A stretch of DNA of 59,393 bases, the filler included, from Platydemus manokwari (Eukaryota), in assembly GCA_037951405.1 (NCBI GenBank). It is 5 parts of 5 records of this genome, joined end to end, with 100 filler letters (N's around TTAATTAATTAA, not from the genome) between each part and the next. Parts side by side here need not be neighbours in the genome. Positions count along the whole stretch, not along the records: positions 9,130 to 29,111 come from JBBMOY011678066.1; positions 29,212 to 40,945 come from JBBMOY010495553.1; 3 more parts are not named here. One strand, written 5' to 3'. The position numbers and the translations under genes were made by a program. Below are positions 23,729-35,500 of the stretch, piece after piece. A model generated the notes under the pieces. It saw only the letters and a program-made list of their open reading frames with translations. It was not told where the DNA came from and searched no databases. The first letter of the stretch is position 1. Every line of letters begins with the position of its first letter.

Positions 23729-26540
23729 TCAATTGCAACAAATCAAAATAAAAATTACAATTAGATAGGCACAATAAAATGCGAGAGAATAAAATCGATA
23801 TGGTAACCACAGAACTCGATATAAAACGTCACCGTTTTCAGTCAATTTCAAATAACCGTAACCTGGATACGGCACACCCATTCGATAGCTACATGTTGGA
23901 ACGGTTATTTCCAGAATTTTCGATGACATCGGTGGTAAATGAAACAAAATGCTATCGTACGATTCCAATTTTAACGAATTCGACCACGTTCTCGATCGAT
24001 CGGCACAATTTTCGCAATGCTTGTAATCGGACTAAAGAAATGAATCTTTTATCAATGCCAAAATAATAATAACAATTCTAAAGAAAATGGTAGTCTGATG
24101 GCAGAAAACATTGTCACTTTCAACATGCAATGCACAGATAGACTAGTTTTGTAGTCCTTGCTACTCATCAATATTGCATAGCAACTCGAATGTATCATTT
24201 GATATTTTACTCTGCTTTGAACTTCACACTGGCGCATAATCGCATTTAGGTGCCATCTCATTACAGATATCACAAAATATTAAAATAATAATAATAATAA
24301 TAACAATATTAATAATAATAATATTAATAATAATAATAATAATATTAATAATAATAACAATTATTTTAAAAAGTAATTTATAATAAAATCAATAATAATA
24401 ATAAACAACAAATCTAACCAAGTGTGTGTGGGCAGTGATAATCAATTGTATATCGGACTTTGATCGTAAATATTTCTGCGATAATCCAATCAAAATAAAC
24501 AAAGCTCAATCAAAGTTTCCGTCTTACCTGATCGAATGGAACCGATTGGTGATTAAGCAAAATATTGAATTTTGACTTTTTGGAATGAGATCGGATAAAT
24601 TTCAAAGTATTACCAAAATCTTTCGTCGATCGTATATCGGCCTGAGATGATGTCAAATAATTAATCTATTCAATTAAAATATGTAAATAAATGCAACCGA
24701 TTGACAAATCGATTTTTAAATTATTTTGAAATGATTTCTCTAAAATTAACGATTACCTATATAATGGAATTTTCCCCGTCTTTGCTTCTTTATATCGATT
24801 TAATTTTCTAATATTTAACATTTAATTAAAAATCATTTAAATTAATTAATTTAATTAAATATATTTATTGATTTTAAGTCTAGAAAACTGACTTAATTTT
24901 AAATATCAAAAATTAATTAAATTATAAGATCAATATTAATTTCAATAAAATATCAGAATTAATTATCAATATGAATATCAATGTTATTGATCATAATGTC
25001 ACACAATTGACGTATTAATAAAGCCTTACAATAAAAGTATTTAAAACAATTTCTATACATCACTTATACACACACATTGTATGGGTTTCCATGGTGAGTG
25101 TATGTATTTTAGTAAAACGATTTTTCTTCTCTTTATCGATCTTTACGATTATCTGTTATCCAGGTTTTGTTTATATAAATAATGACGTCATCAAACTAAA
25201 ACCATATTCAAACATTAAAATTATCACAATTGTCCTTATTGCATTGCGATTTATCAAATCAATTACAGGTTCAATAAATTCTGAACCTAAACGAAAGTAA
25301 ATATTTAGTTTTTTGAGTTGCTTTGACATTTAACGTTTTGTATGAAAGTAATATATTGGTAGATGGTTTGTTTGACAGGGAAACGATTGCTGCGATCAGA
25401 TTTGCTTAAAGATTAGACTGGTGTTTAATAAGTCTTGTTCCGGTCAAACATGAGAATGCTTAGATACCCATTTCTGTGGACAAACTATGTTTTGGTCGAG
25501 AAATCAATAATAATTATCCTCAAGCATTGAAAACCATATCATTTCTGCATCATATCAATTATTCCAGACTCATGTCTTTTAATTTGAAGAGATTGTCACA
25601 TATTATTAGTTTAAATCTCTCGAAAATCGTGGCAAAAAGACTTGATGAAGTCTAAATAAATCTTTCCTATGGAGAAGAAACCCCTGCCCCCAATCAATCA
25701 ATAATAGAATGAAGATTGGTGATATTGAAAACATACCGCGATAAAATTAATGTTACCAAGTGATTCCAGGTAAGGAAAAGAGTGATTGAATTTTTTGAAA
25801 AACCTCTCAACAATTTGGCCATCTCTTTCCTCGGAATATTCACCACCTATATCGTTGTCTCCTGGAATAACGATTACCTAAACAATGAGTTAAATGCCGA
25901 TAGTTAATGATAGGTTTGAAATGCGCACATTCCCTTCTATCAAATCTCATTAATGTTATCGATTGATAAAATTGTTTAGCTTTTAAAAATTGAAAAATTG
26001 CCTTTGCTTTATCGTCAATTGGATCCATAAATATTCGCGCAAATCTACTCATATAATTATCAAATTGCCAGTCTGTGGCAATTTCGCCTTCGTCGAATAT
26101 ATCTCCTAGAAACACGACCACATTTGCATCGGTGTATTTCAATGTTTCCACAAAACCGGACTTTAAAAACCTGAAACCCACACATATTCCATGAATGGTA
26201 AAGTGAATAACCATTTACCGATCAGCATCCCATCTGATGATGGGACCAAATAATTTATACTCATAATTGAACCCTATTAATTGAGGATCAGCAACTAGTA
26301 GAATATTATAGGCATTAGATTTCTGTTCTAGGCTGGAATCACAATATTAATAATAATATTAATTATAATGGCCAACTTCAAATTATCGTTTAAAATCCAT
26401 TTAAAGTAGCACATTTTAAAAAGAAAATATTCATTGAATAAAATAATCGATATCGTTAAAATGATAATCGATTTCCATTTTTTCTTTTTATTTCTGAATT
26501 TGAAAAAATATTTCAAAAACCGACAGCAATAGGAAAACAT
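23729..26540 (-). CDS. MPPE1: Metallophosphoesterase of the MPPE1/PGAP5-Cdc1/Ted1 family, 353 aa, TM segments at both ends
   Basis: Exons (-): 26540-26377, 26332-26219, 26170-26002, 25877-25737, 24641-24528, 24475-24419, 24031-23729. Total 1062 nt, ATG to TGA in frame. Motifs: ILLVADPQLIG, WDADRFL, FLGDIFDEG, IPGDNDIGGE, ILLNH, IITAHTH, EITVPTCSYRMG. Intron 3 is GC-AG. The symbol is family-level; exact orthology is unverified. Confidence 0.92.
24283..24362. repeat. (AAT)n microsatellite in MPPE1-like intron 6
   Basis: Imperfect AAT run. Confidence 0.85.
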
Positions 26541-28099
26541 AAGCCTTCTCCAAAAAAAATATGGAAAAGATCGCAACGAATAAAATCAATATTAATTAAT
26601 ATTATTTTTCGTTTTTCAAATCATTCGTTATTGATCCAGATATTAAAACAACGGCATTCATCTAAAAAAGGAAATTAAATGGGCTAATTTTATTTTTGAA
26701 AAACATGATAAAATTATCTGAAAATATTCAAAAATAAGAGATTAATTAGATTTTTATGGTTGAAATCGATTTATTTGACATGATATCGATAAAATTACAA
26801 GCAGAGGTAAATTATTTTGAAAGTTCGTGTGAATCTCAGCATCAACTTTGCATATTAAAAAGAAATTTCAGATTTATTTTTAAACTTTATTTGGGTTGCT
26901 AATGTGAGTATTTACCTCTGGTACAAATCATGAGATGAAATTTACTCCGCGTGTTTTGAATTGTTCCGGATAGTGGACAATAAATATGTTCGAATATGTT
27001 AACTGATGTTATTAAAATTGGGCTTCAACTAAAATCAACAAACTATGAAATTATCTAAGTAGATAGTTCTGGCAGTGTGTCTGTGTGAAATCATGTATGA
27101 GAAAGTGTAACCGAAAATTAGACATTAGATAATTTTTAGGTATTTCTTGAACTGCTGAAATCGATCAACCATGGTCTTAAATGTAATTTTTCGTATTGTC
27201 TCTTATTGCTTTTTCATTGTCAATCCTAACGCAAATCATTGCAGCAAACACTAAAGATCGTTTATTTCAAAACAACCAAATATGAGTTGTTTTACGATTG
27301 TAATAGAACCAGTAAATTTGGATTTACTCTCCGAAAATAGATTTGATTATTCTATTGTTGTCTTTTTTGTAGGTCTTAGATCTAGACAAATAATCACTCT
27401 TGTAGTCTATATATATTCTTCATTGAAACCCTCTTACAATCGTTTGCCGCATATCAATAAACAGTTGATAAAATCAAAAAAATGGTGCTATACAAAAAAA
27501 TTATTGAGTTTGAGTTTAATTTTTATGAGTGTCCCGTTTCGATAGACACTAAGGTTGTTGTTCCTCATGATATAAAAGAAATATTATTTAGATTATAAAA
27601 GATTAATAAACATAAATCAATAAAGATAAATAATAAAACACTGTAGATAAAAAGTGCTGGTTGATTAAATTTTAGATTTTAGCAAACTTCAAGCCAGCAA
27701 TAAATCTATTGTTTGCAGTACAGAATCCTCAAATGAAGGGAGAAGGACGTGCCCCTGTATGGCCAGAAAAGTCTCAAAAATGTCTGTGAGAAAATGTAGA
27801 ACGAGTTTCTTATTTTTAGTTTTTTGCTTAGTTTCAAACTTCAGAAGGTTTTTTATAAGCTCTTAAATTTACGCGCGACTTCAAAGGCAGTGTGACAATA
27901 ATGGAATTAATTAAAATATCAACAAACGATAAATATGAAAACGTATAATTGTTCCAAAGTTACAATTAATTAATGCAACAACAATTAACAAAACCAAGGA
28001 AATTTTCTATAATTCAAATTAAATTGATTCTATTTTTTGTGGTGATTTTATAAGTCCCTTTGGAAGCTGCAAGAACCTGTGAAATTAATGTCTATAGTT

Positions 28100-28960
28100 G
28101 GGACCTAATAGACCGGTAACTACACGGCAAAGTTACCACTCCATTAATAAAATAAAAATTTAGTTAAGTAGTCATTGGGCGTAGACACAGATGAAAACAA
28201 AGATGATGATGATGATAAAAATTATTTTAAAAACCATTTGGAAAAAGAGTATCTGAACGCTTTCAATATGACTGCTTAGTTGGAAAGAATGTGTTAAGAG
28301 AATTAAAAGGTATCGTTTATAAGCGTATACTAATCAGAAATATGGACAATTGAGAAGACCAAGTTTACATAGAGGAAGAAATTAAAGTACCACGTCAAAC
28401 AGAAACAGTTTGTCTTGGACAAACGAATTGAACTAACACTGATGAAGTAGTACTCAAGTCGAGCGTTGATTTTATGAAAAGGACGTGCGAACTTATATAG
28501 TGCAATAGTTAGAAAAAGGGAAAATTCCGGCCTAAACAGTCAACACTTCGTATGGACCAATGAAATTATATCCATATAATAATTCGGTACAGTGGCAGAA
28601 TTTTTATTTGAAAACAATACCAGGAAGCAAGAAAATGATCAGGGAAAAAATATATTTATTCGAACACAGGATTGAATTGATTAACTCTCAGGAGATATGA
28701 CAACGAGCTAATCGTAACCCAATAACAGTGGGAGGAGAATTACAGAAGCAAATTAAGGAATTGTTGTATCAGATGTGAATAAGACAAGTAAATCTCAGTG
28801 ATGGTCATCTATAGTAATGGCGAAAAAGATAGAGGAGATAATATGCGTGTACATCAGTTACAGCAAGGTAAATAAATAAACGCAGAAGAATAATTATTTC
28901 CTGCCATAGATGAAACGAGAAACCGAGTTCGTAGAGCAAATATATTTTTCATTTTTTAAA
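28100..28960 (+). mobile_element. Decayed Ty3/gypsy pol (protease to RT N-terminus)
   Basis: LGVDTD and LVGKNVLREL (protease-like). From about 28658: FEHRIELINSQEI*QRANRNP...LQKQIKELL...WSSIVMAKK...ISYSKVNK*TQKNNY..PAIDE..NRVRRANIF, matching the gypsy RT HxI/YRxP/WxSPxV/DYRxLN/YPLPxIDE pattern. Confidence 0.8.
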
Positions 28961-29111
28961 TTTTATTTACCAGTTATAACAACATTTTAATGCATGAAAA
29001 TTTAATACCACTTGTGGTAAAGTACTATTGAGTACATCCAACACCCATTATCGCGCATTGCAGATAGAATATATACCTAAAATAAATGAAATAGCTACGC
29101 ATTAAATAAAT

Positions 29112-29211
29112 NNNNNNNNNNNNNNNNNNNNNNNNNNNNNNNNNNNNNNNNNNNNTTAATTAATTAANNNNNNNNNNNNNNNNNNNNNNNNNNNNNNNNN
29201 NNNNNNNNNNN
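29112..29211. other. Assembly gap with artificial linker
   Basis: 44 N + TTAATTAATTAA + 44 N. Confidence 0.97.
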
Positions 29212-29550
29212 AAGTTGTATTGTTAGGCCCTATTATGTCTACAGCGATCTTATGAAATGGTCTTGCTGCTAAATTCGGTTCTGACACACGAGCATTTGAA
29301 TATCTACCTTTGTTTGTTGTGTGTTGACATTGGTACAGGAACGACAATACGATCTGATACTTTTTACATAACCAGGCCAATAAAAATGATTTAGTAATCG
29401 ATCTTTGGTTTTGTTAAATCCGAGATGTCCCGCAAAGGGATTGTCGTGAGATATTTCTAGAGCCTTCTCATGATATGCAATTGGTAAAATCACTTTATTA
29501 ATTATCGTTAAATTTTGTGTGGTGTATTGATGGAAAATGTATCCCATGTA
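29212..29550 (-). mobile_element. Ty3/gypsy integrase fragment (H2C2 zinc-binding domain and start of core)
   Basis: VILP...EISHDNPFAGHLGFNKTKDRLLNHFYWPGYVKSIRSYCRSC, frameshift, CQ...RPFHKIAVDIIGP. Truncated by the gap. Confidence 0.92.
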
Positions 29551-32500
29551 AAATTTACAAGAGGCAGCTTCAGTCTTTAAATCACTCCTTGTCTAGTTTA
29601 ATCTAAAATGTCTCATCGCATGTGTTTTGTTTTTGAGAAATTTTCATGACTTGAAATTTTTTTTTCATTAAACACATTTAATATTACAATTTTTTATGGA
29701 ACTGATAAAGTGATATCTACCGAATTCGACTGCATTGTTAACATTATTTATCGAAAGAAGAACCATAATAAAAAATTTTAAAACAATGAGGAAATCAAAT
29801 ATTATTAACTGGTTTTCGAAATTTTAAAATTAATTTTAAAATCACAAAATGCCAGCAATAATTCTGTAATTACAGATAAGTATTTCAACGGTTCGAGTAT
29901 ACGTTGGAAGTCCAAGGGATTCTTGATAGGCACTGAAATATAAAATCAAAACAAAATTCTCGATCAATATAGTAGCTATAAAATAAATGTAAGTGACATA
30001 ATTTCTGATTATATATACAGTCGTGATTAGGAGCCATAGCATCCCCTTCCAGAATTCTAGAACCATTTCAATAATTTCAAAGGTTTCTTTAATTTATATT
30101 TTATACAAAAAATATTTTCTATCGATCCAGACAGACAATGTTCATCTTGAATCAGCAATAACAGTTGAATATTTTTTACAAAATATCCCATTTGTATCTT
30201 ACCGATAAGCAACTGTAAGCAATGCAAATCGAGTATAATTACCATCATTTTCATTAATAATCTACTCAACAATATTGACTCCACCTAGCCCTAGCAACAA
30301 ACCCATTAGTTGACTGAAACCCTGTCGTATTTCAACCAAGAAAAATATGAAAAATAATTGGGATTATTTATTAAATCGCTTCTTCCAATCTTATATGTTT
30401 AGATTTAGCTTGAGTTAAATCCGTTAGTTTATTAATTAAATTTTCGCCTAATCGGTTCAAGACTTCACATCTCGACGGGAGAAAGACCTGTAGTCAGAGT
30501 AAAGGAGAATCACTATTTCAGTAATTATATATCATATCATTGGTGATTATCAAGCTAACCATGGAGATCAAAGTGCACACATCTCTGTGCAGAGCATGAA
30601 ATGGGATATTTATTCAACCGAAAAATTCGCTTCTACTATACAGCTATTCACACAATGAAAAATTTCCATCGATTTTTTTTGAAAATTCATTAAGTTTCAG
30701 TTTGATTAAATTGACTTGAAATTTATTTTATTAGACTACCTTTTTGGTGATATTCTGATGTTTAAAGTGATTGATTGGTATCGGTGGATCTGTATAAATT
30801 TATTAAACATCATTCAAATGATATCCGCTTGGAATTGAGAGATTTGTTTCATTAGATAGAAAAGAATAAATAAATAATATTTATATTCGGACAATTCGAG
30901 ATTGGTGTACATATTCCACGAATCCTAATTTTATAAATACATTTCAGGCTATAATAGATCGTTACGTGACAGAATAACATGGTCGATACATGAAATATAT
31001 CCTACATAAGAAGACGATTTAAATTGGTATTTTCTATTGGATACCAACACATAGACACACACACACGCACATATATGTCACAATTCCAATCACAAAGAAG
31101 ACAAATTGGTTTAGACTCCTTCAAGATTTATTGAATATTCTTGAGTAGTTTTCGAAACACTTTGTTGTTCGATTCGTAGTTTTGATTTTGAAAATTATAA
31201 TTTTCACTGATACCGATAATAAAGATGATAAAACTCTCTTTTTTAAATAAGAAATAAAATCTAGAAACCAAACATAGCGATATCGATTCAAATTTCATAA
31301 TATAATTGGTGGTTAACAAGCCAGTATTGGTATTTTTATTGATCCTTCCGTTACAAACATTTTAGTTGTGAAACCCATAATATCATTTAAATCCTGATCA
31401 TTTTTGTAACTAGAAAATATGTCACTAGAAAATGACGATCTCAGCGGCTATTGGTACATTCATATTTAGAGTAATATTCCAACGAGATTCTTACTCGATT
31501 CAGGTTTATCGGTGGATTTAAATACAAACCTTGCTAGAACTCAAAATTAAACGATTTTTCGTTATTAGTAAACAAAACATGGACATAGATACAAAATTAA
31601 TAACGTAAATAAAAATAATTTTATATAAACATCACCGATAGTGAAATAAATAATAATTATAATCATATTCTTATCATGGCTTTAGTATTATCAAATAAAA
31701 ATATACAGTTTCATGCAAGTATATCCGGCATTTCGAGAATTATATTATTATTAACCTACAATTAAATGCTATAGTTGCCAAGCTGATCTAACTTGTATCT
31801 TATTAAGTAATATATGAAGCTGTATCGATAATTTTAATATATTAAATATAAAGCAATGGAAGAAAGTAACAATACCTTTTAATTTATAGCGGTATACTGA
31901 GCAGATGTTTTTTAAGTTCAATGAAATTTGCTAAAACTGCGTTGTTTTTGGTTTTATTTTCAGTTATAAACACATAATCAAAACTTCATTTTCAATCATT
32001 AAAACCAAGGATAGGTTAAATAAAATTTAAATAAATATCGATTTATTAAATCATTTAAAAAATCATTTTCTTATTTTCAAATACTTAATTGGTTTATTTT
32101 ATATCAAATAGATAGTGGGATAGGTTTTAAAATCAGAAATGGGAAAAAATTGAGATTTATTTTTGGATCATTAGATCACATCTGCTGATGAGTTCAAAAA
32201 TTGTTTCATATAATGCTTAAAAACATTATCCACTAAAGATATCATTAAGGTAGTCAATTTTTCTAACGACTGATATTTATAGATCAAACTCGGGTCATTT
32301 TTTTTAACAATCATGTGTTTTTTGACAATTTTTTCTGCCGCTTTATTCTAGAAATGCATAAAAATAAAATTTCACTGTTGTCATTCAGTACTACTACAAA
32401 ATCATAAAAAAAATAGAACGCGGTGGATTTATTACTGATAAAACTTCTAGTAGGTAACATCAAATAATATGAGTGATGCTATATATGGTGGAGAGGTGTT

Positions 32501-35500
32501 GATCTTCGTATTTGATCCAACTAACAATGTTTTGGTAAAATGCTTTGAAAATTACACTTCATGCATATTTTGTGATTTTTTTAAAAATTATTTTTAGGTT
32601 GATTTAATTTCTTTTTAAATAAAACATTGCGAAATACAATTCTTCGGATTACAACAATATAATCCAAGATAAAAATAGTTGAGAATTATTTTTAAGAATT
32701 ATTATCGAGTGATTATTCGAACACGTCTCTTTGTTCCTTTCTAAAGAACAAAAGTATATCCCAACAATTGTGTCGATGTTTCCTTCGAAAATGTGTTAGG
32801 GTTGAAACTTCCTGCAGTGTCAATTCTGTGATTTCTCTTTGAAGTACTCCAAAATTATTTACGTATAACTCGTCAAATTATACTCCCATCAAGCTTAATA
32901 TTTGAGATGAACCGAAATTTCAGATCATGATGAGTTAATAAACTCTTATAAAATTGTCGCTACATCACCGAATAAATCAATAAACTGAACCAATGTTTTC
33001 ACAATGACAGAATAACAGAAATAACCTACTCTTTCATCGTCATCATTCATTGACATTGTTCGCACCAATCGTCAATCGTTTATCCCACAATTTAAATGGA
33101 TATTTTCAGATTTGTAAAAAGAAAAAAAATTGGAAAATCACAACCAGAAGCAAAACTCATTAAATAAAAAGATTGAATTCGACTGCAATGCCTGGAAGCT
33201 GGATATCAGTGAAATTGATCCCATGTTGAAATAAATGGATTGATAATCCATGGCCGAGAACTTGTGAATGCGATAGTAATGTGATAGTTAAATGCATGGT
33301 AATGGTAATCCAGATTTAATCTGCATTACTGCTATCCAATGGCGGACAACAATAAAAAAAATAAATAAAATCAGTAAATATAAAAATAATAATAATAATA
33401 GCTAATAAAATGTATTCGTTTTGTTTTCATATAATAAAAGAAAAAATAAACCGTAATCATACTCACTAACAAAGAATAGCTATTTAATTACACGAAAAAA
33501 TTTTCGTACCGGACCGATCCGATTTCGGGACAAATCAACCGTTTCTCATTCTCGTGAAAAATGGGCCGGATGAATAAATTTGATATATTAATTGATAAAG
33601 GACCACCCATTTTTTTAATCGCACAACATATGAAACGGCTCTTCAGTTTGGAATTCGATGCCGAATTATGGATAAGCCCTGGCATTCATGGTTCGATTAA
33701 ACAAACAATAAATGATGTTGTGACAAAGTTAATTCCAACAATTACAATTTCGATGAAACAACAGAACTTGCACATTTCCAACTACATCAAATGGATATCG
33801 TGTGGTTTTGCAGAGATAATATCTATGATACAAGGCTATCCAGATAGAGGTCAATCATTATGATATAGCATGACACAAGCGTTATTGTTCGTTGCGAGCT
33901 GTTATCAGATGGATGTGGTCGATAGAATTTGCATTGTTGCTTGCAAATATAAGTGTTATTTCAATAACATATCTCATATCTGATGGTATTTGTTGGAGAA
34001 ACTGAAGAATAAATTGTTCATAATGAAAGTTAAAAATATAAAAAAAAACTCCACAACTTTCTGTCAGATATTGCATTTGTTTTCGAAGTGTATTCCCATA
34101 ATGATAAAATGAAGTGATGTTGTTTGCTCGCATTGGTACGAAACATTATTTGGATGGCATTTGTAAATAAATTTGAAATGTGAAATGTTTATCTATGACC
34201 AATTTGTGAGGAACATCTCGAGTGGCATTGTTAGAAAATTTACGAACTCCGCCCCCCTCCGTCGACAGTTGATGGGTTGATGAAAATATATTTAACGATT
34301 ACGAAGTGATGGTTTTGAATTTCTTTCTTTTATGTTCTTTTAATTAAAAATAATTAATTAATTCGTCTGATGTGATGTGAATGGTTACATAATAGATTAA
34401 ATCTTATCTCACCATGGATTGAGGTTTTGTTTTGAAATTCTTTATTAAAAATAAACATACACATTAAGATATCTAATTATGGATTGTTTAAAATTGAAAA
34501 GCCTTCCGATCATTGTAAATTATTACTTGCTTCGTTGGTATTTATGAGCCCAAATTAATCGTAATAACATTCAAACTTATTAACAAGATCGTTTTTCAAT
34601 ATATGTTCCTCAGTTACAGATCGCCAATGATCTGATTCTATATCAATTAATAAAGTTGATTGATAACAATTCTGTTTCGATAGCTTTATATTTGTGAGTT
34701 TATTATTATAATATTCCCAATCAACCATATACAAGAGTGTCTAGGATAAAAAGACAAACCAAATAAAGAATTGCTTTAAACATTCACAGAAACAATTTTT
34801 TAACGAAAAGATCAACTTTCTTCTCAGGGAGGGGGTTATCATCCTTTTAAAAGAGTTTTATCTCTACCAAAGAAAACGCAACTTTGACCATCATTGTTTT
34901 AGAAGTATTAATATGTAGGCTTAGAAATGATTTGAACCATTAATTTTTTTAATATCAAAAACGAATTAAGACATAAATTTCGATTTCCCGTTTGGATTTT
35001 TAAATGGATCTTCCATACTCTATTTGTTTTTACTACTATCGTAGCATTTCCATTTGAAAATCTGCCTATATCTTTGTTTTTCAACCTTTTATGAGTATGG
35101 AACTCTTTAAAAAACTCTAGTTTATTGTGGAACACCATGCCCTAATCTTATTCTTAAAATTACACGTGAAAAATACTCTCAAAAATGTTGGAAAATATTG
35201 AAATTCTTAACTTTTACTTTACATCTTGATTTATATATAACGGACATGTTGTCGTAAAGAAATCCATGTACGTATTGAGTCCGATGTTTGACATAAATAT
35301 TGACGTAGTTTTCACAGCTTTAGTTTGGTAAACCATTTCTATGGACCTTAGCCAAGCAATTGGAAATACCTTTCCAAAGGAAAGCGTAAAGAATGATATC
35401 GTGCAGAAAAAAATGATAAAGATGCAGTCTCCGTTTTGTTCTTCTTGTCTAACCTCTTAGTCTGCCGTTGCAAAGGCCCTGAATTTCGCAGAACCTTGGT

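Noticed and set aside
23779-24066. 95-aa plus-strand ORF (likewise 11796-11981, 40124-40360, 8271-8534, 57165-57410)
   Set aside because: Antisense shadows of real exons or transposon ORFs.
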